A stretch of DNA of 64,000 nt. Origin: a virus. Shown here piece after piece: positions 18,794 through 28,402 of this stretch. Numbering within the stretch: the first letter of the stretch is position 1; every line of letters starts with the position of its first letter. The notes under the pieces are model-generated. The model had not been told where the DNA came from and ran no database searches. It was given only the letters and a program-made list of their open reading frames with translations. The stretch is taken from IMG/VR virus record IMGVR_UViG_3300006310_000001. One strand, written 5' to 3'. Made by a program: the position numbers and the translations under genes.

Positions 18794-19186
18794 TTATCTA
18801 AATTCAACAAGTATTGAGTAGTTATCGCCCTTAGCAAAGTTCTTTGTACTTAACAATACATCACCTGTAGGTGTTGTAGCATTGTTTGGAAATGAGTTTC
18901 CATCAGTTCTTAAATCTATTGTTCCTTGTCCTGATAAAAATAAAGCAGTAGCATTTGCAACACCGCCCCATATTAATTCTACTCCTGATTTATTATCAGA
19001 CGTATTGATAGAATAATACACTCTTGCTATACGTCTTTCACCATCTTCGGTCATAAAAGTTGTTTCTGAAGCGTCTATTTTTAGTACGTTATTTTCACCA
19101 GAACCATCTGATAAGTTAGTCATCTTAATTACGTACTTAACTCCAGATGTATCTGCTATTGTTTGTGTTGTAACTGTATCTGCCAT
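18794..19186 (-). CDS. Hypothetical protein in the head module, probably structural
   Basis: 130-aa ORF (MADTVTTQTIADTSG...) co-oriented between gp20 and gp21. Confidence 0.6.
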   Translation of the reverse strand: MADTVTTQTIADTSGVKYVIKMTNLSDGSGENNVLKIDASETTFMTEDGERRIARVYYSINTSDNKSGVELIWGGVANATALFLSGQGTIDLRTDGNSFPNNATTPTGDVLLSTKNFAKGDNYSILVEFR

Positions 19187-19187
19187 A

Positions 19188-19424
19188 TTAGAATCCTACG
19201 TGTGTAGCATCAAAAAAATCTTTTGATAATTCGCCACGTTCTACTGTTGTTCCTTTTTTTCTACATCTAGCATAAATCTTATTTACTTGTCCTGTTCCAG
19301 GAGTTGTATAAGTTCTTATGCCACCTGAATAAGTTCCAGGTGCGTCTGCATACGTATTGGATGCTGTGGCACTATTTTCATATTGCCAAATACTATTTGA
19401 TCCTGGTACATCTACCCACGCCAT
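19188..19424 (-). CDS. Hypothetical protein
   Basis: 78-aa ORF tightly packed in the operon. Confidence 0.6.
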   Translation of the reverse strand: MAWVDVPGSNSIWQYENSATASNTYADAPGTYSGGIRTYTTPGTGQVNKIYARCRKKGTTVERGELSKDFFDATHVGF

Positions 19425-19425
19425 A

Positions 19426-19680
19426 TTACTCTCCTAATTGTTCTTCTACTTCTTTGTCAAAATATTGATATAGTTCTTCTTTATTTATTTTTCTTGCTTC
19501 AGCAACTCTCTCTACTGAATTTTCAAATTTACTTATAATATCTCCAGATGTTCTTTCAATTAGATTGAAAGTATCTTGTACTGCTAACTTTAGTTTAGGA
19601 GATAAATCTCCATAACTTTTAGAGTCAAGATACTTACTATCTTCAACTATCTTACTTGTAAAAAGTAAACTCGTATCCAT
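19426..19680 (-). CDS. Hypothetical protein, possibly a prohead core component
   Basis: 84-aa acidic ORF at the position where T4-like phages carry gp67/gp68. Confidence 0.5.
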   Translation of the reverse strand: MDTSLLFTSKIVEDSKYLDSKSYGDLSPKLKLAVQDTFNLIERTSGDIISKFENSVERVAEARKINKEELYQYFDKEVEEQLGE

Positions 19681-19682
19681 TT

Positions 19683-20066
19683 CTATACACCTGCGTCTGG
19701 CGCTGGTGTTCCTACACCTGCGTCTGGTGGTGTTTCGTGTCCTGGTGCCATAGTTGGCGCTTCAGGTTTACTTGCTTCTGGACTCGGTTCTTTAGTCGGT
19801 TCAAAAGCTATTTCTTTTCCATCTGTATCCATAATTTTATCAGTTCTCGGACTTGCTGACGTTACCGCAGGTTTAGGGTCACTAAATTTTTCAGGTTCTA
19901 TACCTTTAAAAATTTTGCCAGCAACATCTACTCTTTGTCTATCAAGAGCACTTGCTACTTTATCTCTTAAAGCATCCTTAAATGCTTCTCCTGCGTCTGC
20001 GTTTTTACCCGCTTGTAATTTGTCAATAAACTCCGCTGTCTTACTTGGAACGCTTGGGTCTGCCAT
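19683..20066 (-). CDS. Probable prohead core protein (gp67/gp68 position) with a Pro-rich tail
   Basis: Immediately downstream of the portal gene (TAATG overlap); helical N-terminal half. Confidence 0.5.
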   Translation of the reverse strand: MADPSVPSKTAEFIDKLQAGKNADAGEAFKDALRDKVASALDRQRVDVAGKIFKGIEPEKFSDPKPAVTSASPRTDKIMDTDGKEIAFEPTKEPSPEASKPEAPTMAPGHETPPDAGVGTPAPDAGV

Positions 20067-21595
20067 TACATATCTCCTTCTATACTATCTTTATTTGCTG
20101 TATATTGTTGCATAGGGTCTGCAAGTATACCATCTTTAACTTCTCTTTTAATTTGACTGTTTATGTCTTCAATATCCCTATCGTTTTGTCGTAAAATTTT
20201 CTTACGAACATACTCTACTGAATAATACTTACCTACATAATCTCTTACTGAATCGGCAAGTCTTAATCTTTCTAATAACATTTCAGAATCTTTTAGTTCA
20301 GCAAAATGTCCATCTTGCAAAAAGTCATATTGGATTACATCCCTTATAACTAACCAATCTTCATCCGTAATAACGGCTTTTAAAACTAATTGAGTTCTTA
20401 ATATATCGTTAAATATTTCAGTAAATTTCTTTCTTAATCTTTGTACAAATTTCGTAAATTTAAGTTCATCTCTAGTAATTTCAGTTGAACGTCCTAGATT
20501 AAATCCAGTTGACGCTTCTAATCTACTAGCAGGAACATTTAAAGAACGATATAATTTACTTCTAAAGTATTCTATATCTCCCATTTCACCAAGATTTTGT
20601 CCACCTTGTAAAGTAGTAATATCAGTTCCTCTTCCACCTTCTCTACTTGGTAACCAAAAGTCTTCAAGCATTGACATATAATTTCTGTCATCACGTATCT
20701 CACCTGTACTTGCGTCATAGACAAGTTTGTTTCTATATCTTGCCATAACATCACGTAAGTATTGTTCTGCTTTTACTTTAGGTAAATTACCAACATCAAT
20801 TTTAAATATACGTCTTTCTGGTGCTCTTGCAATTCTGTATATAACACTTGCGTCCTCAATCATACGTAATTGATTAACAGGTTTAATTGCTTTATGTAAA
20901 TATGATAAGACCATATTTTTGTTTTGGTCTATCAGTCCACTTGGACAAAATGCTATTGCGTCAACAGCAATTTTAATTCCACCAGATGTAGTATTTGTAA
21001 CACCTTTTTCATTAAACAAAAAGTATTCTTTAACTTCATCAATAACATTTAAACCATATGGAGTAGGTCCATCTGGTCTTCTCTTTCTTACTTCTCTAAT
21101 CTTTTTAATTTTTCTAGGGTCTATATATCTTAATTCTGTAATACCCTTTCTTGTAGATTCTCTATCAATTACTTTATGATAATATAATCTACCGTCCACG
21201 TACCATCTTCTAAAGATATCGTGACCTCTAGTATGGAAGTTCATCAATCTTAAAACTTCTTTAAACTCGTCTTCTATTTTTCTTCTGACATCTTTACCGA
21301 ATGGTAAATATTCTAGGTTTAATCTTATTGCGTCTTTGACTTCGTTTGCAACAATTGATTCATTTATTATATCCTCAATTGCCATATCGCACTCGGGATG
21401 TAAAGCGATTTCTCTATAACGTCTGATAAGGTCTTGCTCGGTCTTTGTCTGACCTTCCATATCCAAGTATTGACCGTAATACCCACCAGCGGCGATGGTT
21501 TGTGTTCCATCATCCGCTTGTGGTTGTGTAAATGCTTGTTTTGGATCTTGAGGTTTCTTAACCCTTGTTATAGAAAATCCAAATAGTTCAGCCAT
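20066..21595 (-). CDS. gp20: Portal vertex protein
   Basis: MAELFGFSI, FRRWYVDGRL, IYRIARAPERRIFKIDVGNLPK, EDFWLPSREGGRGT. Confidence 0.97.
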   Translation of the reverse strand: MAELFGFSITRVKKPQDPKQAFTQPQADDGTQTIAAGGYYGQYLDMEGQTKTEQDLIRRYREIALHPECDMAIEDIINESIVANEVKDAIRLNLEYLPFGKDVRRKIEDEFKEVLRLMNFHTRGHDIFRRWYVDGRLYYHKVIDRESTRKGITELRYIDPRKIKKIREVRKRRPDGPTPYGLNVIDEVKEYFLFNEKGVTNTTSGGIKIAVDAIAFCPSGLIDQNKNMVLSYLHKAIKPVNQLRMIEDASVIYRIARAPERRIFKIDVGNLPKVKAEQYLRDVMARYRNKLVYDASTGEIRDDRNYMSMLEDFWLPSREGGRGTDITTLQGGQNLGEMGDIEYFRSKLYRSLNVPASRLEASTGFNLGRSTEITRDELKFTKFVQRLRKKFTEIFNDILRTQLVLKAVITDEDWLVIRDVIQYDFLQDGHFAELKDSEMLLERLRLADSVRDYVGKYYSVEYVRKKILRQNDRDIEDINSQIKREVKDGILADPMQQYTANKDSIEGDM

Positions 21596-21622
21596 AATTT
21601 ATTCTCCTTAAAAATACACTAC

Positions 21623-21630
21623 TATTTATA
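21623..21630 (-). promoter_or_regulatory. Late promoter TATAAATA (gp20)
   Basis: Exact intergenic motif followed by an AAGGAG SD. Confidence 0.8.
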
Positions 21631-21638
21631 AGTAGTTT

Positions 21639-22166
21639 TTAAGTAGTTGTAGTACTTTCAAAGTATTGGAACGCTAACGTAACACTTGTTTCTGATATAT
21701 CAGTTTTAGCAGCATAATCCAATGGAATTGCGTTAATCGCTGTAGGAAATACACCTCTTAAAGTGTAAGTCTTAATTTGATTACCGTTTCTGTCCAATTG
21801 GTCTACGAATGCGTCAACTTGATAGTCAACAGGATTTGTTAATCCTTCGTTATCAGTCATATTGTTTATACCGTTCATCCATCTTTCAAATGCATTACGC
21901 AATTTGAAATTAGTATCATTTATTACTTTGATAGACCAGTCTGCAATTGTTCTATCTCCAGCGATTTTTATAGCTCGTCCTCTAAAAGGAACTTCTATTG
22001 CTGTAATTGCCATTCCTGGTAATTCAGCACCTTGACATAAAAATGCTAGGTCTTCTATTTCTCCACCAACTTGAGCGTAGCCTGGGAAAGGCATAACCAC
22101 TTTATACTGGTTACTTCTTGCGCCGCCGCCCGAAAGTTTAGCTTTGAAATCATTTATGTTTGCCAT
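21639..22166 (-). CDS. gp19: Tail tube protein
   Basis: GGGARSNQY, LPGMAIT, VPFRGRAIKIAGDRT, QLDRNG. Confidence 0.95.
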   Translation of the reverse strand: MANINDFKAKLSGGGARSNQYKVVMPFPGYAQVGGEIEDLAFLCQGAELPGMAITAIEVPFRGRAIKIAGDRTIADWSIKVINDTNFKLRNAFERWMNGINNMTDNEGLTNPVDYQVDAFVDQLDRNGNQIKTYTLRGVFPTAINAIPLDYAAKTDISETSVTLAFQYFESTTTT

Positions 22167-22190
22167 TTTATTTCTCCGTTATTCTCTCTA

Positions 22191-24110
22191 TTAGCTAGCG
22201 ACCTCTTCAAAGGAAACGCCTGTTCTTGTTGCAACGAATTGCAATGAGATAAAGTTGATACTTCTAGCAGGTTTAACAAAAATTTCTGCTACAAATTCGT
22301 TTCTATCTATTACTTCGCCTGTGTTGTTAGTTTCATCACACACTACTAAAAAGTCTGTGATACCTCTTCGTCCTTGTACTTCTCTTAAAAATGGTTCTAC
22401 CATATTTCTAAATCCAGCTCTAGTGAATTCATCATTGAATTCAAATAGTTGAACTTTAGAAGCAGATGATATTGCCTTTTCTAAAACGATAAACAATCTT
22501 CGTACATTGACTCTGTCAAATGCACTAGGATTTGTTAGTCCAGTTTTATCACCGAATAATACAGTTCCTTGTCCTGGGAACGTAGTCACAGGATTTACTC
22601 TTGCTCTGTATAATTCATCTCTTTGTGATTTAGTTGGATTAAATGCCAGTTTAACAGCACCTCTTACTACACCTCGGTTTAATCCTGCAGGTGAGTACCA
22701 AGCGTCTGCAAGCATATCAGTTCTTGCTGATAATCCTGCCATATCGCTATTTAAAGGTACATATCTATAAATGTCATTATATCTATCGTACATATATTTG
22801 TAACCGCTATCAAAAAACACATAAGAAGATGAAGAAATTCCATTAAAGAAATTTACAACATTATCTTTTTGTGTTGCTGAGTTAGTTACATTAACTACAT
22901 CACTTCTTTCAGGACTTGCAAAAACTACACAGTCTTTTCTGTTTTCAGCAATAGTAATTAAATTGTCTATATGTGTTGAGTCACCAGCACCTGCAATGAT
23001 TAATCCAACGTCTGTTGTTTCAGCGTCTTGGTATTTTTCATAAGCAGATTTAACTTGAGCAGTTGTAGCAGTTGTACCGTCAGAACCATTTGATAATGAT
23101 ACTTTGCTTACAGAAGTTACGTCTGTAAATGCAGTACTTGCTGCCGCCGTGCCCCAATTGGATCCAGAAGCGTTGTGGTCCATCCAGAAAACGTAATTAC
23201 TTGAATTGTAAAGTACGTCTGAATAGTAATTAGTGTCACCTTGAGGACTCTTAGCGTCTGAAGCTTTTGATACTGCTTCAAATTTTTCTAAAACTTCCCC
23301 TTTAGTTCCATTAATTCCACCGTCTTCGTCAACTACAATTATATGTAGTTCATCTCCACTTCCACCTCTTGATTGAGCGTAAGTAGATGTTCCTGGTGCT
23401 TTATTAAATAGGTCATAATATGTCCATCTTCGTCTTACATTAGCACCATTTGTAATAGTCTTTTGTAATCCAGAAGAGTCAGAAGTACCAATATATGTTG
23501 GTTCTTCTTTTCGCACAATGTTTAAGTCATTAGTAGCAACACTAATAACTCTATATTCATATTCATCACCAAAATTAACTATATCTCCAGCACTAATTCC
23601 TGTAGAGGATGTAACTGAAACTACTGTATCTCCGACATTTGTTGAAGCGTCAGCAACAGTTGTTTTAGCAGTTTCTTCATAAGCAGTAGCAGAAGGACAT
23701 TGAGAAATACATAAATTATTTCCCCACGCACCCGCTGTTCTACTAGCCCACATTCCTACAGAAGCAGAACCGTCAGCATAATTGTTTTGGTAATCAGTAG
23801 TATTCTTTATAACAAACGCACTACCACTTTCAGTTGCGTTTGAAACAGATGAGTTCTGTACACGAACTACTTTCAAGTTATTTGAATATTGTAAAAAGTT
23901 TGAAGCACTAAAATAACTCTCAAAATTAGAGCTATCTGGTTTTCCAAACGTTAACAATAAATCAGATTCGCTACCGATACTTACAACTTCGTCAAGAGGA
24001 CCCTTACTGAAAGTTCCAGCAAAAGCTCCAGAAGACGTTGAAACGGCAGGAATAATTCTTGTTAAGTCTTTTTCCTGTACGAGAACACCTGGTGATACTT
24101 GAAATGCCAT
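22191..24110 (-). CDS. gp18: Tail sheath protein
   Basis: MAFQVSPGVLVQEKDLT, WYSPAGLNRG, FDRVNVRRLF, KPARSINFI. Confidence 0.97.
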   Translation of the reverse strand: MAFQVSPGVLVQEKDLTRIIPAVSTSSGAFAGTFSKGPLDEVVSIGSESDLLLTFGKPDSSNFESYFSASNFLQYSNNLKVVRVQNSSVSNATESGSAFVIKNTTDYQNNYADGSASVGMWASRTAGAWGNNLCISQCPSATAYEETAKTTVADASTNVGDTVVSVTSSTGISAGDIVNFGDEYEYRVISVATNDLNIVRKEEPTYIGTSDSSGLQKTITNGANVRRRWTYYDLFNKAPGTSTYAQSRGGSGDELHIIVVDEDGGINGTKGEVLEKFEAVSKASDAKSPQGDTNYYSDVLYNSSNYVFWMDHNASGSNWGTAAASTAFTDVTSVSKVSLSNGSDGTTATTAQVKSAYEKYQDAETTDVGLIIAGAGDSTHIDNLITIAENRKDCVVFASPERSDVVNVTNSATQKDNVVNFFNGISSSSYVFFDSGYKYMYDRYNDIYRYVPLNSDMAGLSARTDMLADAWYSPAGLNRGVVRGAVKLAFNPTKSQRDELYRARVNPVTTFPGQGTVLFGDKTGLTNPSAFDRVNVRRLFIVLEKAISSASKVQLFEFNDEFTRAGFRNMVEPFLREVQGRRGITDFLVVCDETNNTGEVIDRNEFVAEIFVKPARSINFISLQFVATRTGVSFEEVAS

Positions 24111-24204
24111 TAGGTTTTCTCCTTATAATTAACTAATTAGTTTGTATCTTTTCGCATATTCCGTATGTTTTCATACGACCATAGTCAAATTTCATAACTA
24201 TGGA

Positions 24205-24212
24205 TATTTATA
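24205..24212 (-). promoter_or_regulatory. Late promoter TATAAATA (gp18), followed by a ~95-nt structured leader
   Basis: Exact intergenic motif. Confidence 0.8.
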
Positions 24213-24223
24213 TAATACTTAAT

Positions 24224-25858
24224 TTAGAGCCCTTTTCTGACAACTGGATACCAGACTGTTCCATATTCATCTACTTCTGTTTTCTCCCAATCAGGAGTAC
24301 CATCATCTACAAAACCAAAAGGAGCCATATCTTGCTCTATTAATTTTTCTTGTTCTTCATATAATTGTTGTCTAGCATTTGTATTAGTCATTTCTTTAAA
24401 GTAAGGTTGATTAGACAACCAACCAAATAATACAAGACAAGTCATTAAATCATCATTACATCCTTCTTCCGCTTGCCAAGAATTTCCTTTACGAGCATAA
24501 GTTGACATTTCTTCTATGATATTGAAGTCATTAATAATAACTTTATCTCCTTCAATCAATGTCTTAATGTTAGAACAACCAACTTTTTTAATCTGTTTTG
24601 TCATACGAACACCAAAACCAGAACCTCTTCCACTATATCCTGCACCCAATATCTGACCTGCTCTACCTCTTTGAGTAGTCATTAATAGATTAGGATATTC
24701 TAATTCATAGTTTAATGATTCACCTATTTGTTGACCTATATCATTTGTTTCACAAAGAATATCTGCCGTGTTATAACCCTTACACGCTTTTTGTATTAAG
24801 TGTGGAAATAGAATTGGTTTAACTTCATTACTTCTATATTTGGCAACAACTCTATAAGGCATTTGAGTAACATCAAACATTAAAAATGCTGAATAATCTC
24901 TATCTACACCTCTCGCTACATCAACACAACAAACATAATTTCTACCATTTACAACCTTTTCAAATACATCTAAACCACCACTTGAAGTTAATGGTGTCAT
25001 ATAAGGTGTTTGTTTAATCTTAACTGGTGAAATTAATGTATCTACTGATCCTAAAAATTCACACTCAAATTCTTGTTGAAATTGTGCTGCTGATGTATTA
25101 CGTATAGTTGTTTCTTTCCATTTTTCATCTCTACCTGGAACTTCTGACCAATGTACTTCAATAGGTTTATAATCATTTCTTCCATTTTCAGCGTCTGTCC
25201 ATAATTTATAAAATTGATTCATTCCGTGAGGTGTTGATACGATAATAACTTTTGAAGTTTTACCAGATGTAATAGTAGGATAAACTGAACTAAAAAACAT
25301 TTCTGCTATATTAGCAGGTACGAAAGCAAACTCATCAAGAAATATTATATTATATGTTCCTCCTCGTATTGCACTTGAAGATGTAGCAGCAGCAATAATA
25401 GTAGATTTATTTTCTAATTCTATATTACCTTTGTTCCAATTAATAACTCCTTGTTGCAACCATTTAGGCAAATTTTCATATGCCAATTGTAATCTTCCTA
25501 ATATATCTCTAGCAGTAGAAGATTTATTAGCAAGAATTGCTATGTTTGAATTTGGATTAAATATTGCATAGTGTAAAAGATATGCAATTGTTGTAGTTGA
25601 TTTACCTGATTGTCTAGGCAATTTGCAAATAGTAAATCTTTCTTTATCTATTGTAGTTACAATCTTCTTTTGGAAATCATATAGTTTAAAAGATATAAGT
25701 CCTTCATCAAGAGAAACGATTTTCATCCATTTCTCCATAAAATATATTGGATCTGTTTTACATTTCTGAAATTCTACAATTTGGTCTTCAGTAAATTCAA
25801 CTGGTATATTTACTTTTTTTAAATTAGGATTTCCTAAATATGCGTCTGTTACTGGCAT
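24224..25858 (-). CDS. gp17: Terminase large subunit
   Basis: YLGNPNLKK, PRQSGKST, IFLDEFAF, VSTPHG, QEFECEFLGS, DDLMTCLV. Start moved to the ATG at 25858 (MPVTDAYLGNP). Confidence 0.95.
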   Translation of the reverse strand: MPVTDAYLGNPNLKKVNIPVEFTEDQIVEFQKCKTDPIYFMEKWMKIVSLDEGLISFKLYDFQKKIVTTIDKERFTICKLPRQSGKSTTTIAYLLHYAIFNPNSNIAILANKSSTARDILGRLQLAYENLPKWLQQGVINWNKGNIELENKSTIIAAATSSSAIRGGTYNIIFLDEFAFVPANIAEMFFSSVYPTITSGKTSKVIIVSTPHGMNQFYKLWTDAENGRNDYKPIEVHWSEVPGRDEKWKETTIRNTSAAQFQQEFECEFLGSVDTLISPVKIKQTPYMTPLTSSGGLDVFEKVVNGRNYVCCVDVARGVDRDYSAFLMFDVTQMPYRVVAKYRSNEVKPILFPHLIQKACKGYNTADILCETNDIGQQIGESLNYELEYPNLLMTTQRGRAGQILGAGYSGRGSGFGVRMTKQIKKVGCSNIKTLIEGDKVIINDFNIIEEMSTYARKGNSWQAEEGCNDDLMTCLVLFGWLSNQPYFKEMTNTNARQQLYEEQEKLIEQDMAPFGFVDDGTPDWEKTEVDEYGTVWYPVVRKGL

Positions 25859-25863
25859 ATTAC

Positions 25864-25871
25864 TATTTATA
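25864..25871 (-). promoter_or_regulatory. Late promoter TATAAATA (gp17)
   Basis: Exact motif 5 nt upstream of the ATG at 25858; overlaps the oxygenase stop. Confidence 0.75.
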
Positions 25872-26475
25872 ATTGATACCCAAACCAACCAGTTATGATA
25901 TATTTTTCGTGGGTCTTGGAAATTTGTCCGCTATGTGTATGTGTAAAGTCAGTCGGCCAAATCAAAGTCAAACCTTTTTCAGCAGGAGTTGTTGCATTTT
26001 GATATTTAAAATGTGTACCACCGTTAGGAACATCATTTAAATAAGTCATCCAAACAAGACAACGGTTTTCGTGCCTGGAAGTTCTTTCACAATGCTTAGT
26101 AAAATAACCTCCACCTGGTGGATAGTATTGTAAATTTCCTCCTTCAACCATTCCATATCTTTCAAACTCTTTAACTTCAGGATATTTCTCTTCGTATAGA
26201 CCAACACATTCTTTCAACGCATTTTTATATTTCATAAACCTTGGTTCTTCCCAATTTGGATCTAATCCAATATCTATAGAATCTTTTACTTCTTTATTAA
26301 TTTTTGAAGTGAAACCTACAACACCTGGTTTTTGTGCTTGTTTATTCTCTTTAAATAAATTTATAAGTCCATCACAAATACCAGAAGGAATATACCAACC
26401 TCCTATACAAGAAGTTGTTGGTATAATATATTCTCTATGTTTTGGCATTACTTTGTATTGCACTTTTACCTCCAC
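25867..26475 (-). CDS. 2OG-Fe(II) oxygenase (prolyl-hydroxylase-like)
   Basis: LQYYPPGGGY..HCE, WMTYLNDV, GGTHF, IWPTDFTHTH, KYIITGW. Confidence 0.8.
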   Translation of the reverse strand: MEVKVQYKVMPKHREYIIPTTSCIGGWYIPSGICDGLINLFKENKQAQKPGVVGFTSKINKEVKDSIDIGLDPNWEEPRFMKYKNALKECVGLYEEKYPEVKEFERYGMVEGGNLQYYPPGGGYFTKHCERTSRHENRCLVWMTYLNDVPNGGTHFKYQNATTPAEKGLTLIWPTDFTHTHSGQISKTHEKYIITGWFGYQL

Positions 26476-27652
26476 ATTTTTTCATAGCCGCTTTTAGTTT
26501 TACTACCATATCAAAGATTAATGCGTCTGTATGAAATGGTGTAGGAGTAAATCTTAATCTTTCAGTACCTACAGGAACAGTCGGCCAATTAATAGGTTGT
26601 ACATAGATACCTTCTTTATATAAAAGTTCATCTGATATTGCTTTAGCTCTTTTAGGGTCTCCAATAATTACAGGAACAATATGACTATCATTTTTCATAA
26701 CTTCTATACCTTGTCTAGCAAGTTCTAATTTAGTTTTATTTGCTCTTTCGTGTATTTGTTCTCTTAATTCAGGATGGTCTCTAACATATTTAATACTTGT
26801 TAAAGCACCAGCACAAATTACTGGACTTAAACTAGTTGTAAATATAAAAGCACTTGCCAAACTTCTTATGGCGTCAATAAAATCTTTTTTTCCTGCAATG
26901 TATCCACCTTGTACTCCAAATGCTTTTGCTAATGTTCCATTAATAATATCTACTTCTATATTATCTCTTTCAGTAATACCACCACCTGTTGCACCATATA
27001 AACCAACAGCGTGTACTTCATCTAAAAATGTTATTGCATTATATTTTTTAGCTAGTTCTACTATTTCTTTTACTGGTCCAATATCTCCGTCCATAGAATA
27101 TACACTTTCAAATACTACACATTTTGGACCTTCGTATGATTTTAAAATTCTTTCTAAATCTTCTACATCATTATGTTTAAATATTTCTTTCTTACATCTA
27201 CTATGCCTAATGCCTTGTATAAGAGAAGAGTGATTTAATGAGTCTGATATATACAATAAGTCAGGTATAATTTTTCCTAAAGTTTCTAAAGTTGTTTGAT
27301 TAGCATTATATGCTGAAGTAAATATTAATGCCTTTTCTTTTTTATGAAAATCTGCTAATTCGGTTTCTAAAGCATTATGGTAGTGAGTAGAACCAGATAT
27401 GTTTCTTGTACCTCCAGCACCTGCCCCACTTGATTCTAATGCTGTTTTCATTGAGTCTATAACATAAGAGTGTTGTCCCATACCTAAATAATCGTTAGAA
27501 CACCAATTGACTATTTTTTTAATTGAGTATTTTGAATACCAAATAGCGTGAGGAAAGTTTCCTCTAGTCCTAACTATATCATTAAAGACTCGGTATCTTC
27601 CATCTTCTTTATATTCATTTATTATTTTTGTAAATTCTTCTAAATGTTTCAC
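26435..27652 (-). CDS. hemA: 5-aminolevulinate synthase (PLP-dependent, Shemin pathway)
   Basis: WCSNDYLGM, GAGAGGTRNISG, SDSLNHSS, FESVYSMDG, DEVHAVGLYG, GTLAKAFG (PLP lysine), PTVPVGTERLR. Confidence 0.92.
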   Translation of the reverse strand: MKHLEEFTKIINEYKEDGRYRVFNDIVRTRGNFPHAIWYSKYSIKKIVNWCSNDYLGMGQHSYVIDSMKTALESSGAGAGGTRNISGSTHYHNALETELADFHKKEKALIFTSAYNANQTTLETLGKIIPDLLYISDSLNHSSLIQGIRHSRCKKEIFKHNDVEDLERILKSYEGPKCVVFESVYSMDGDIGPVKEIVELAKKYNAITFLDEVHAVGLYGATGGGITERDNIEVDIINGTLAKAFGVQGGYIAGKKDFIDAIRSLASAFIFTTSLSPVICAGALTSIKYVRDHPELREQIHERANKTKLELARQGIEVMKNDSHIVPVIIGDPKRAKAISDELLYKEGIYVQPINWPTVPVGTERLRFTPTPFHTDALIFDMVVKLKAAMKKCGGKSAIQSNAKT

Positions 27653-27939
27653 TTAACTATAACTCCTTCTATATGGGTATAACCTAATTGTATAGCAGCC
27701 TGCACTCGTTGACTACCTTTCCACACACTATATTCTTTTTCTATATATGGTATACCCATAGGACCATATCTAGGTACTTCGGATACAATGTGTTCTTTTA
27801 CTTCTATTGGATAATTTAGTGATTCACCATCTAATAATTCTTTTAATGGTGTCATTGACTTAATATAAATTAAGTCTTTTAGTACGATAGGAATTTTATT
27901 CGCTATCTTTTGATTTGCCGTCAATAGTTTCATTTTCAA
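27649..27939 (-). CDS. Small ParB/sulfiredoxin-like domain protein
   Basis: C-terminal WKGSQRVQAAIQLGYTHIEGVIV resembles the ParB-N 'G..R..AA..LG...I' pattern; the stop overlaps the ALAS GTG. Confidence 0.45.
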   Translation of the reverse strand: MKMKLLTANQKIANKIPIVLKDLIYIKSMTPLKELLDGESLNYPIEVKEHIVSEVPRYGPMGIPYIEKEYSVWKGSQRVQAAIQLGYTHIEGVIVK

Positions 27940-28402
27940 TTCTCTTTTCTTTTTTAGTTTCCATACTTTGTTTATTCAACATCTTTTGTAATTCTGCTGT
28001 TGAACCTACAAATAAAGCATTTTTTATATTTGCGTTTGTTCTGCCAGGTAATTCTTTTAAGTCTTTAAATTTCTTTTGTAGGTCTTGTAATTTATCAACT
28101 GTAGTACCAACTTGTCCTATCAATTGCCCAACAACTTCATATGCTCTAGGGTGTTGTCCTTCTTTTGCAATATCTAATATGCCTTGTATTGCTTCTTGTC
28201 CTTTTTCTATTATACTGTAATAACTTTCTCTACTGTAATCATAGTCAGTATTAATATCCTTTTCAACTTTTAAAGGAACTTCTCCATTCTTTCTAGGAAC
28301 AGGTGGTTTAAAACCTTTTTGTGGTTCAAGGTTCTCTGGAACAACTTTATTTGTTCCTTCTAATCCCAATATTTCATTTACACTATCTTCCAATTTAGCC
28401 AT
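27896..28402 (-). CDS. gp16: Terminase small subunit
   Basis: DYDYSRE, GQHPRAYEV, NALFVGSTAELQKML. Confidence 0.9.
   Translation of the reverse strand: MAKLEDSVNEILGLEGTNKVVPENLEPQKGFKPPVPRKNGEVPLKVEKDINTDYDYSRESYYSIIEKGQEAIQGILDIAKEGQHPRAYEVVGQLIGQVGTTVDKLQDLQKKFKDLKELPGRTNANIKNALFVGSTAELQKMLNKQSMETKKEKRIENETIDGKSKDSE

Noticed and set aside
19686-19727. 15-bp direct repeat TACACCTGCGTCTGG
   Set aside because: It encodes PDAGV twice in a low-complexity Pro-rich tail; nothing suggests a function beyond that.
12121-25858. Introns, inteins or homing endonucleases in uvsW, gp23, gp20, gp18 or gp17
   Set aside because: All are continuous and of ordinary length, with no LAGLIDADG, HNH, GIY-YIG or intein motifs visible.
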